20,000 nucleotides of DNA from Chiloscyllium plagiosum (lineage: Eukaryota). Shown piece by piece: positions 9,194-18,683 of this stretch. Location: the NCBI RefSeq assembly GCF_004010195.1, contig NC_057757.1, positions 9,475,726 to 9,495,725 of the forward strand, written 5' to 3'. The notes beneath the pieces were generated by a model. It worked only from the letters and a program-made list of their open reading frames with translations. It was not told where the DNA came from and made no database searches. Position 1 is the stretch's first letter, and every line of letters begins with the position of its first letter. The position numbers and the translations under genes are program-made.

Positions 9194-10118
9194 GAAATTC
9201 TAAATTGGAGAAAGGCTAATTTTGACGGTATTAGGCAAGAACTTTCAAAAACTGATTGGGGGCAGATATTCACAGGTATAGGGATGACTGGAAAATGGGA
9301 AGCCTTTAGGAATGAGATAACGAGAATCCAGAGAAAGTATATTCCTGTTAGGGTGAAAGGAAAGGCTGAGAGGTATAGGGAATGCTGGATGACTGAAGAA
9401 ATTGAGGGCTTGGTTAAGAAAAAGAAGGAAGCATATGTAAGGTATATGCGGGATAGATTAAGTGAATCCTTAGAAGAGTATAAAGGAAGTAGGAGTATAC
9501 TTAAGGGGGAGATCAGGAGGGCAAAAAGGGGACATGAAATAGCTTTGGCAAATAGACTTAAGGAAAATCCAAAGGGTTTTTACAAATACACTAAGGACAA
9601 AAGGGTAACTAGGGAGAAAATAGGGTCCCTCAAAGATCAACAAGGCGGCCTTTGTGTGGAGCCGCAGAAAATGGGGGAGATACTAAACGAGTATTTTGCA
9701 TCAGTATTTACTGTGGAAAAGGATATGGAAAGTACAGACTGTAGGGAAATAGATGTTGACAGTTTGCAAAACATCTATATTACAGAGGAGGAAGTGCTGT
9801 ATGTCTTGAAATGCGTAAAGGTGGATAAATCCCCAGGACCTGATCCTGTGTACCCGAGAACTCTGTGGGACACTAGAGAAGTGATTGCTGGGCCAGAGCG
9901 GTAGATGTGATCTATATGGACTTCAGTAAGTCTTTCGACAAGTTTCCCCATGGGAGATTGGTAGCAAGGTTAGATCTCATGGAATTCAGGGAGAACTAGC
10001 CACTTGGATACAGATCTGGCTCAAAGGTAGAATATAGAGGGTGGTGGTGGAGGGTTGTTTTTCAGACTGGAGGCCTGTGATGGCAAGGATTGGTGCTGGG
10101 TCCACTATGTTTTGTCTT
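9194..10118 (+). mobile_element. CR1 ORF2 internal fragment (EN-RT linker and RT start) with internal deletions
   Basis: ILNWRKANFDGIRQELS...KENPKGFYKY...LNEYFASVFT...DKSPGPD...EVIAGP, then a jump to VDVIYMDFSKSFDK and QGLVLGP. Confidence 0.92.
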
Positions 10119-10686
10119 TAAAGATATAAAAAGGCAGAGGGAACCCAAAGTGAGCCTAGGTGCCTTAGGGAATGAAGTTGGAGAAATAATAACGGGGAAC
10201 AAGGAAATTCCAGAGGAGTTGAATAAATATTTTGCATCAGTCTGAAATTCCAAATTTGGAAATTGCTACTTAGTCAAGGGGCAAATGAAGGAGAAGAAAT
10301 AAACATAATAACTATCACTGGAGAAAAGGTGTTGGGAAACTAATGGGGATAAAGACCGACAATCCCCCTGGACCTGATGGGATACATGCTGAAATAATGA
10401 AAATAGTAGCCACAGAGATAATGGATGCACTTCCAAGAATCCTTAACTCTAGAAAATTTCCAGAGGATTGGAAAACTACCAATTTATCACATTATTTGCA
10501 AAGAGATGGAGACAAAAACAGGTAACTATACTCAAAATGTTAGTTTGCTTTCTCTCCATGGATGCTGTCTGACCTGCTGTGATCTCCAGCATTTTTTATT
10601 TTCAGGTAACTATAGGTTAGTTAGCTGTATTCATTGGAATTTAGAAGAGTGAGAGGCAACCTTACTGAAATATACAAGATACTTAG
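10119..10686 (+). mobile_element. Third CR1 fragment (older subfamily) with its RT core deleted
   Basis: EELNKYFASV, DNPPGPDGIH, PEDWK and GNYRLVS, joined directly to LYSLEFRRVRGNLTEIYKIL. Confidence 0.85.
10531..10602 (+). mobile_element. 72-bp Penelope pseudo-LTR fragment inserted in CR1 with a 12-bp TSD
   Basis: caggtaactata occurs at 10519-10530 and 10603-10614. The insert contains ggatgctgtctgacctgctgtg, identical to sequence in the pseudo-LTR at about 5050-5071. Confidence 0.8.
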
Positions 10687-10689
10687 AAG

Positions 10690-11058
10690 AATCCAAAGAT
10701 GCGCAGGTTAGGTGAATTGGCCATGCTAAATTGCATAGTGTTCATGGATGTGTAGGTTAGGTGAATTGGCCATGCTAAATTGCCCTTGGTGTTCACAGAT
10801 GTGTAGGTTAGGTGAACTGGCCGTGCTAAATTGCCCATAGTGTTCATGGATGTGTAGGTTAGGTGAATTGGACGTGCTAAATTGCCCATAGTGTTCACAG
10901 ATGTGTAGGTTAAGTGAATTGGCCGTCCTAAATTGCCCACAGTGTTCAGGAATATGTAGGTTAGGTGCATTAGTCAGAGGCAAATGTGAGTAATAGGGTA
11001 GGGGAATGGGTCTGGGAGGATTACTCTTCCAACAAGGGTTGGTGTGGACTTGTTGGGG
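10690..11058 (+). mobile_element. 5'-truncated HE1-type V-SINE with an internal 51-bp tandem array
   Basis: Homologous to the minus-strand SINE at 13869-14186 (tccaaagatg..aggtgaattggccatgctaaattgccc; taggggaatgggtctggg; ggtgtggacttgttggg). Confidence 0.88.
10698..10969. repeat. Minisatellite with a 51-bp unit, 5 copies plus a partial sixth
   Basis: Unit starts at 10698, 10747, 10798, 10849, 10900 and 10951 (the first unit is 49 bp). Consensus GATGTGTAGGTTAGGTGAATTGGCCRTGCTAAATTGCCCATAGTGTTCAYR. Confidence 0.95.
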
Positions 11059-11095
11059 TGTTGGTTTGGTTGGTTGAAACAGTGCTCAGATAGCA

Positions 11096-12262
11096 ATGGC
11101 TCTTTCAGTCATCAAGGGGTTTCTGGAGGTGGAAGAAGTGATCTTGGGGTTTTTTTTACAAAAGACAAATAAGACCAAGCTGTGGGAATTAATAGACAAG
11201 CTGGATTTAAATTTACCTCCCAACATGAGGAAAGATGAGATGGTTACAGCAATAGCTCAGCATTTAAATTTGCTGGAAACATAATCTGGATCTGTCGAGA
11301 TGGCTAAAATTCAATTGCAAATGGCATAGCTTTGATTGGCGGGGAGAGATGAGGAAAGGGCAGCAGAAATGGAACAGTTCGAGTTATGCTTACAATCACA
11401 AGACAGAGAAAAAGATCAAAGGGCTCCAGCAGAAGAGAAAGAAAAAGAGAGAGAGTTTGAACTTCAGAAATTAGCACTTAAAAAGGGAAGTCAGCTTAAA
11501 AGGCTGGAGATAATGGCTGAGGGTAAGCTTAGTGAGGAAGAGAGTTCCCCTGGTAGTTAGAAGCCTGGTGAGAAATTGTTTAAGTATATTCAAGCATTGC
11601 CTAAATTTGATGAGAAGGACGTGGACGCCTTTTACATCTTATTTGAAAAGGTGGCTAAACAAATGCAGTAGCCAGTGACCATGTAAGTTATGTTGATCCA
11701 AACCAAACTTGTAGATAGGGCTAGTGAGGTATTCACATCACTTATCAGATGAGGTATCTGGGGAGTGTGAGGAGGGGGAGAAAACCATCTTAAGTCCATA
11801 TGAGCTTGTACCAGAAGCCTGCAGACCATGTTTCAGGAATCTCAGGAGGGATCCTGGTCAAACCCACATTGAGCTTGAAGGGATCAAACAGTACTTTTGA
11901 TAGATGGATAAGAGCTTTAAAAATACAGCAAACGATTATTTTGGAGGAGTTCAAAAACTCACTGCCTGACATACTGTGAATTCATGTGGAAGAGCAGAGA
12001 GTTAAAACAGCAAGGTTAGCAGCTGAAATGGCTGATGATTATGAGCTGATCCATAAAACATAGTTTGGCTTCCAGAATCAATTTCAATCCATGAGGGATA
12101 GAAGTTGTGGAAAAGAGAAATCCTCATATAGAAAGGGAATGATAGGTCTCAGTGAAGAACTTACAGGGGGTAATAAGGAAACCCTTGAAGGGGGTCAAAG
12201 AAGGTAAAAAGCTCCAATATTTTCATTATAATAAAGCAGGCTGCATGAAATCACAGTGCTGA
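11096..12262 (+). pseudogene. gag: Gag with coiled coil, capsid/SCAN-like domain and degenerate zinc knuckle
   Basis: LPKFDEKDVDAFYILFEKVA; YELVPEACRPCFRNLR...FDRWIRAL...IILEEFKNSLP...HVEEQRVKTARLAAEMADDY; YFHYNKAGCMKSQC (decayed CX2CX4HX4C at 12218-12259). Confidence 0.85.
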
Positions 12263-13283
12263 TGGGCTAGGTGAAGCACTGGGAAACCAGATGTAGGAAG
12301 ACAAAATCAGCTTGGGAGGTTTGTTGGCATGGTAACAAAAAGCACAGTGGAGGCTGGATAGCTGCACCAGAATGTACAAGCTGATTGGAGGTTGGTTAAG
12401 GAGAAAGTGCTAGATCTGCTTAACACATATACATCCAAGGGTAAAGTTTATTCACACAGGCCAGCAGTAGCAGGTAAAGAGATTACAATATTAAGGGACA
12501 CAGGATCCGTTCAGTCTGTGATACTGAAGAATGAGGTGATATGTACTCCTGAAGGACTATTGCCAGAAAAGGTATTGGTAATGGGAATTCACAGAGAGAC
12601 CAAAAACACTCAATTATGTAAAGTGAGGTTAGAGTGTCCAGAGAGGAGTGGAGAATTTGTGGTAGGATTACTGGACAAACTATCAGCTCCAGGAATACAA
12701 TCAGTCCTTGCAAATGATATAGCTGATTCACCAGTAGGCATGCTGCCTACTGTAGTTGAAAAGCCAGTAGAGACTCAAGCAACTGAAGCAATGCAGGATT
12801 CTTATCTGGGAATCTTCCCTGACTGTGTAGTAATGAGGTCACAGAGTCAACAGCTGAAGGAGGAGAGATCAAAGGGTACAGATAAGGAAACTGAAGTAGC
12901 TTTAGCAGAGACAGTGTTCAATCAGTTAGTTGAGATAAATAAACAACCATACAAATATCTTTACCTCTGCAAAGTTCATTGAGTTGCAGTAGAAAGATGA
13001 AAATTTAGAGTTGCATCAAAAGACATACACAGAGAAAGAGTCTGAATATATCCCTGTGTGTTATTACCTGAGAAATGGTGTCTTATTGAGGAACTGGTGA
13101 CCATCACATATTCAAGCAGATAAGAAATGGGTAGAAATTCATCAAATTATCTTGTCAGTCGGGTATAACAAGGAGGTGCTGCGAGTGGCACATGAGCTAT
13201 CACTTGGAAGTCATTGAGGGGGGAGGAAAACACAGGCTAAAATACAAAGACACTTTTACTGGCCTGGACTACACAAGGATGTA

Positions 13284-13457
13284 CAGAGGAGCCTTGATTA
13301 TCCAAAAGACAAGGGCGGGCAGTATTTTGTTCGGATCATCGAATTCCGGATAGTTAAATGCTGGATAACATCATTTAGCTGAGCATCAGGACCTTGTGAT
13401 TTTGCCAGATAATCTGATATTCGGATAATCGAATGCTGGATAATTGAGGTTCCTCTG
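13284..13457. mobile_element. 174-bp Tc1/mariner-superfamily (Tigger/pogo-like) MITE
   Basis: TA TSD at 13282-13283 and 13458-13459, and 21-bp TIRs cagaggagccttgattatcca / tggataattgaggttcctctg (18/21). Removing it restores the integrase frame HKDVVEFCQ. Confidence 0.9.
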
Positions 13458-13476
13458 TAGTTGAATTTTGCCAGAT

Positions 13477-13571
13477 GGGCAGGTGGGACTAGATTGGGTT
13501 GGGATATCTGGTCAGCATGGATGTGTTGGACCGAAGGATCTGTTTCTGTGCTGTACATCTCTATGATTCTA
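13477..13571 (+). mobile_element. Short CR1 3'-tail insertion in the integrase zinc finger
   Basis: ggtgggactagattgggttgggatatctggtcagcatggatgtgttggaccgaaggatctgtttctgtgctgtacatctctatgattcta is a typical CR1/HER1 tail and sits where CxxC is expected. Confidence 0.8.
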
Positions 13572-13868
13572 TAATTGGAAAACAACAGGCAGTAATAAAA
13601 CCTGCACCTTTAATACCTATGCCAGCACTTCAGGAACCTTTCACAAGAATCTTAATTGATTGTGTAGGTCCCCTGCCTCAAGCAAAAAGTGGGAATCAGT
13701 ACTTGTTAACAATAATGGATGTATTGACGAGATTTCCAGAGGCTGTTCCATTACACAATATCACAGCTCAAAGGATTGTAGAGGGATTAATCAAATTTTT
13801 TACAACATATGGACCAGAGGTAGTCAGGTCAAAGGTCAAACTTTACATCCAAACTATTCAAGGAAGTT

Positions 13869-14186
13869 TTTTTTTAGATTAGATTACTTACAGTGTGGAA
13901 ACAGGCCCTTCGGCCCAACAAGTCCACACCGACCCTCCGAAGCGCAACCCACCCAGACCCATTCCCCTACATTTACTCCTTCACCTAACACTACGGGCAA
14001 TTTAGCATGGCCAATTCACCTGACCTACACATTTTTTGGACTGTGGGAGGAAACCGGAGCAACCGGAGGAAACCGATGCAGATACGGGAAGAATGTGCAA
14101 ACTCCACACAGACAGTCGCCTGAGGCTGGGAATTGAACCCGGGTCTCTGGCGATGTGAGGCAGCAGTGCTAACCACCGTGCCGCCC
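13869..14186 (-). mobile_element. Near full-length HE1-type tRNA-derived V-SINE
   Basis: Minus strand: GGGCGGCACGGTGGTTAGCACTG (A-box region), GGTTCAATTCC B box (14129-14139), V-domain tgtggagtttgcacattct, and a LINE-like tail ending (TAATC)n plus an A-run. It splits the integrase at KLFKEV|MESLG. Confidence 0.92.
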
Positions 14187-15467
14187 ACTTATGGAGAGCT
14201 TAGGCAAAAAACAATTCAAATCTACTGCAAACCATCCAGAATCGGAGGGAGCGCTAGAAAGGTGGGATCAAACACTAAAGACCATGTTGAGGGCTTACAG
14301 TCAGGATTATCCCGATGATTGGGATGATTGTGCTTTTTACCATCAGAGATGCACCAAATGAATCAACCAAATTCAGTCCATTTTAATTAGTGTTTGGGGC
14401 ATGAAGTGAGAGGACCATTAAAATTGATTAAGGAGAAATTAGTAAGTCATAATTCAGAGACCACCCATTTGGATTACATATTACATTTTAGAGAATGATT
14501 AAATAGAGCTGGAGAGTTGGCTTGACAGCATTTAAAAGTATCACAACATGCAATGAAACAGAAAACAGATAAGAAATCAAAAATCTGCAATTTTGCAATT
14601 GGAGATAAGGTACTAGTATTACTTCCAGTAATAGGTGAACCTTAAAAAGCAAGGTTTAGTGGACCTTATCAAAAGGAAAGTAAATTGAGTGAGGTGAATG
14701 ATTTTGTAGGATTCCAGACGGGAAGAAATCTCAGAGAGTGTGTCATGTGAATATGCTGAAAAGGTATTTTGATAGGGAAGGAAAGCAAGAGGAGAAAGTA
14801 ATAATGATTACAGCACAGAAAGACGAAGCAAATTCAGAGGATTCTAAATTGGACATTCCTCAAATTAAATTGGACGATGAGGAAATTGTCAAAAATTGGG
14901 ATAAATAATTGAGTTACCTTCCTGAGAAAAATCTAAATGACCTGAAACAGTTATTACTATCCACATAGGAAGATATGTGGAAATAAACTGGGAAGTACTA
15001 ACCTAATTGGGCATGATGTAGATACAGGGCATGCTGTTCAGATTAAGCAACATCCTTATAGGCAAAACCCTCTAAAGTTGGCACAGGTTCAGAAGGTGAT
15101 AGAATGCATGCTCCAAGATGGCATAATCAAAGTGAGTTACAGTGACTGGAGCTCACCCATAGTAATGGTGCCAAAGCCAGACGTTATCCAATGATTATGT
15201 GGAGACTATCGCAAAGTCAATGCCATTACAAATACTGATGCACATCCATTTCTGCAGTTGGAGGACTGTGTTGAAAAAGTGGGACAAGCAAATTACATTT
15301 CTAAGTTGGACTTACTCAGAAACTATTGGCAGGTACCCCTGTCGGAGAGAGCAAAGGCAATTTTGGCTTTTGTAATGCCAAATGGACTGTATCAGTTTAA
15401 AGTCATGCCATTTGGTATGAAAAATGCACCAGCCACATTTCAGACACTAACAAATAAGGTCGTTATT

Positions 15468-16160
15468 TGTTAGTGTCTGAAAGTGGGTGTGATGTCCAGT
15501 GCCAGGCAAGGCAGAGGACATACACACACCAAATTCAGCAAACTCTCGATATTTATATAATTTGGTTCCTACATTTTTTTTCTTATTTCATTGTTCCCCC
15601 CCCTTGTTTACATCCTCCACTTCCCTAAGACTGGTCCCACCACTCCTGCTTATCTCTTGCCTTATCTGGCCTTGTCTGTGACAAAATGCTTATTTCTAGC
15701 CTCACAAGGCCGTTTGACCTCATCCCGCTGCAGGTCATTGTTAGGCATATTCTTTCTTCATCAATATCTACTCTTTCCATCTGGGCTTCTCCTGAAGCCA
15801 CTCTGATCCCTATGATCTCTTTAATTAGGGTTTGTTCCTGTGTCTCTGTAAAAGTGGGAAACAGATGTTCATATCTACTGTTTGTACAGGCCTATCTAGC
15901 CTAACTTCATCCCCTCACAACATCTTATCTATTTGCCCATAATATCTACCATTGTTTTGCAATCACGTTTCATGCTGGCATACAATTTTAGCTAATACAA
16001 AAACAATTATATATTTCCTCCATATAGTTCCCATTCTTGTTGACTCAGCTCTCGGCCAAAACAACCCCACACTGGTGTGAGTTCATTTACTTTGTACCAG
16101 AAATTATAATTGCAGAATTGCAGAACTGCAGAAGTAACATTAATTTACCTATATCCCACA
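15468..16160 (-). mobile_element. 3' LTR (about 693 bp) of an endogenous retrovirus
   Basis: The minus strand starts TGTGGGATA right after a polypurine tract and ends CACTAACA exactly where Gypsy RT homology stops. Confidence 0.75.
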
Positions 16161-16161
16161 A

Positions 16162-16178
16162 TTTCCCCTTTTTCTTTT
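16162..16178 (-). promoter_or_regulatory. Retroviral polypurine tract
   Basis: Minus strand AAAAGAAAAAGGGGAAA, followed by T and the LTR TG. Confidence 0.8.
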
Positions 16179-18023
16179 GTTACCATTTGGATCTTCTGCT
16201 CTTTCTCTATTTTATACCACTTCTCTTGACCGTTTTGAGATAGTTGGGCTCTCAATTGTCTTATGCCATTGTCTTAAATATCGACTTTATTTGTGATAGC
16301 TTTTTGTGAATTAATTGAATTCAAGCTGTATAAAACAGCCAAATGAATGAGTAACCTTGTGTTTCTTCTGTAGTCTCAAGAAGACCCAAGTGTAGCAAGT
16401 GGAAAATGGATACTATCCAAATAGCAGGAGTCATTGAGTTCATACTGATTTTGAAAATATTGGTAATTCTGAGCTGCTTCAAAAATGGGCTTCAAAGAAA
16501 ATCTGTAAGCCTTTGAAACCAATCAAGAACAACCTTCCATGAGCAATCTCATGCTGGATTTGGTTTCATGCAGCTTTCATCTCTGCAGATGAAACAGTCC
16601 AACTAAAAACTGTTGTCTTGTTAAGTGGTGAACTACAAAGTCAATGATTATCAACAGGCTGAAAGATACATGGCCTGCTGATTATTCTTGAAAGAGATCT
16701 TGATTCTGAGAGAAAATTATTATTTTTACTTAAAATTTCAATTGCCTTTTTAACCTTACTGTGCTTTTAGCATGAGAAAAGCCAAACATGTACTAAATAA
16801 CTGGACAAATGAAAAAGTCTTCTTGTTCTTACTTTTCCAGACTAGCACACAACTTTTTTTTCTTTCAAGACTTCATATATTTCTCCTATCCCAGTAGGCA
16901 GAAAAGACATCAGAATTTGAAGATCCAACATCTGCAAGATAAATAATTCACCCATTCCCCTAGGTTAGCAAAATTGAAGGGGCTAATGAAGTTGGAGAGA
17001 AACAAAAAGAAGGAAATTTACAGAGCAAGTATACAGACAAAATTTGTGCACCCAAAATGAGCAAGTTTATGATTTCACCACCACGTATCCTTCAGAAAGA
17101 ATCTTTGTGAATGCAATGATAGTCTTAAAACATAACACATGACCCAGAGAAATTCTTACATGTGCTTTGATTTGAAAATGAAAAACAATCAATGATAATT
17201 CTGTTTCAACAAGAAATCCGATGAATATTAAATGGCTGCAAGTTTGTTTTCTTGTGAGATTCAATATCATTTGATTTCTTTATGCACCATCAAAGTGAAG
17301 CCAGTAAATTATATTTGCCTGTAGTTAACAGTCGTGCTCGTAGAAGACGGCAGTTATTCAATGCTGTCAAGGCATTTTATGAACCGCTATAAAGAACAGA
17401 CTGCAGTACATAGAGAAACCATAAACATAGAAATTGTTATTTACAGCTGAAGGAAATAACTGAATCTTCACTGTATTTGCTCCATTTTTTAAGCACCATT
17501 TATTACTTCATTTCGTTTGTCATTTTGCACCTTCTCTAATCAGTTCATCCTGTGGATTCTGAGAGACTGTTGTTATTCTGCAAGTTGTCAAGGTTCACCT
17601 GCACTGAAGAATCATACATGCATAGGCTTGGATTGAGATTCACTGGGCTTGATTTGGAGACATAACTCCCTCTGATTTTAGTCACATGCATTCAAGGTAG
17701 AATAAGGAGCCTCAAGCCATTCAGTGATAAGAAATTTGACGAACATATCTTAGGCGTAGCAACTTTGTTTTTGCCATGACAATGACAGAGCATATCTGTT
17801 GAATTTGCAAATTTCGAACACTGTTATGTTGAAACATCCTGACAAATTTGTTAAGCCTTATCAAATACTCACAAATATCATTGAACATTGCAACCTGAGG
17901 AATTTTAAAATCCACTTGCACAAACTCAAAAAAACCCCAAAGTGCCCAAACACCGAGAAGCTCTAACACTCATAAGTGTCAGTAAAAGATGCCCATATGC
18001 TGGCACCCACCACAATTCTTGGC

Positions 18024-18119
18024 AAAAGTGGGGACTGCAGATGCTGGAGATCAGAGTCTAGATTAGAGTGGTGCTGGAAAAGCACAGCAGATCAGGCTGC
18101 ATCCGAGGAGCAGGAAAAT
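18024..18119 (-). mobile_element. Penelope family B pseudo-LTR end running into the assembly gap
   Basis: ggactgcagatgctggagatcagag...gtggtgctggaaaagcacagc...gcatccgaggagcaggaaa matches 2695-2745 and the reverse complement of 2825-2908. Confidence 0.85.
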
Positions 18120-18237
18120 NNNNNNNNNNNNNNNNNNNNNNNNNNNNNNNNNNNNNNNNNNNNNNNNNNNNNNNNNNNNNNNNNNNNNNNNNNNNNNNNN
18201 NNNNNNNNNNNNNNNNNNNNNNNNNNNNNNNNNNNNN
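18120..18237. other. Assembly gap (118 N)
   Basis: Run of N. Confidence 1.
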
Positions 18238-18608
18238 ATGGGTGCCCCCCCCCCCCCCCAGCCCAGCCCAGCCCAGAATTGCTTCGTGCCATGTGGTTTG
18301 GTTTTCGCGAGCTGGTCGGAAGGGGGCCCGGTGTACTGTGACGAGACCATTATACCAAGTACCATCCCCGAGGCCATCCCAATAGGACTTAAGATGTATC
18401 TCAGAGCTGCGGTACTGTCTCTGATTATCTACATCGCCACAATTCACTAAGCTGCATGCATCAGCCTACATACATCAGTGTCTATTACTGGTGGATTATC
18501 AGACTCCGGAACCATTAATAATACATATGAAAATGATATTTGACAAAATCCCAATACTAAGAGGGCTAGCCATCATAGCTTAAGCATTCCCAGTATTCTA
18601 ATCATCAT
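18238..18608 (-). pseudogene. env: Retroviral env 5' fragment (signal peptide and SU N-terminus)
   Basis: ATG at 18608 just downstream of the pol stop. It reads MMIRILGMLKL*WLALLVLGFCQISFS (signal-like), then after a frameshift DACSLVNCGDVDNQRQYRSSEIHL, resembling the DAC-x3-4-CG-x3-4-QR SU motif I recall from class I envs. Confidence 0.6.
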
Positions 18609-18683
18609 GCTGAAGCACAAAAAGACTTAATATACAATCTTACAGAAATAATCCCGCGCTTGCGCCACTGTATAGTCAGTTAC

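Larger units (their letters stand above)
11059..15467 (+). mobile_element. Gmr1-type Ty3/Gypsy LTR retrotransposon internal region, decayed (gag-PR-IN-RT order)
   Basis: Gag from ATG 11096, protease ILRDTGS at about 12488-12508, integrase at about 13170-14700, then Gypsy-type RT at about 15010-15467. Many stops and frameshifts, and no 5' LTR or PBS visible. Confidence 0.92.
12392..15467 (+). pseudogene. pol: Pol: aspartic protease, integrase (HHCC, core, GPY), reverse transcriptase N-terminal half
   Basis: DTG; AHELSLGSH..HFYWPGLHKDV; EPFTRILIDCVGPLP..YLLTIMDVLTRFPEAVPL; HPESEGALERW; FSGPY at about 14655-14669; WSSPIVMVPKPD..DYRKVN..SKLDLLRNYWQVPL..MPFGMKNAPATFQ. Truncated before YxDD. Confidence 0.9.

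Noticed and set aside
8972..9904. 310-aa ORF as a host gene
   Set aside because: It is a chimera of two CR1 ORF2 fragments and starts at a non-ATG codon.
10698..10969. CRISPR-like regularly spaced repeats
   Set aside because: The units are contiguous with no unique spacers, they derive from a SINE body, and the context is eukaryotic.
10683..10983. Minus-strand ORFs with 17-aa repeats
   Set aside because: They are a translation of the 51-bp minisatellite.
14110..14186. tRNA gene
   Set aside because: The A and B boxes belong to the tRNA-derived head of an HE1 SINE, followed by SINE body and tail.
18058..18450. ORFs spanning the N run and the poly-C/(CAGCC)3 tract
   Set aside because: They are artefacts of translating through the gap, and the gap-edge low-complexity sequence is unreliable. 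Only the env-like minus frame was retained.
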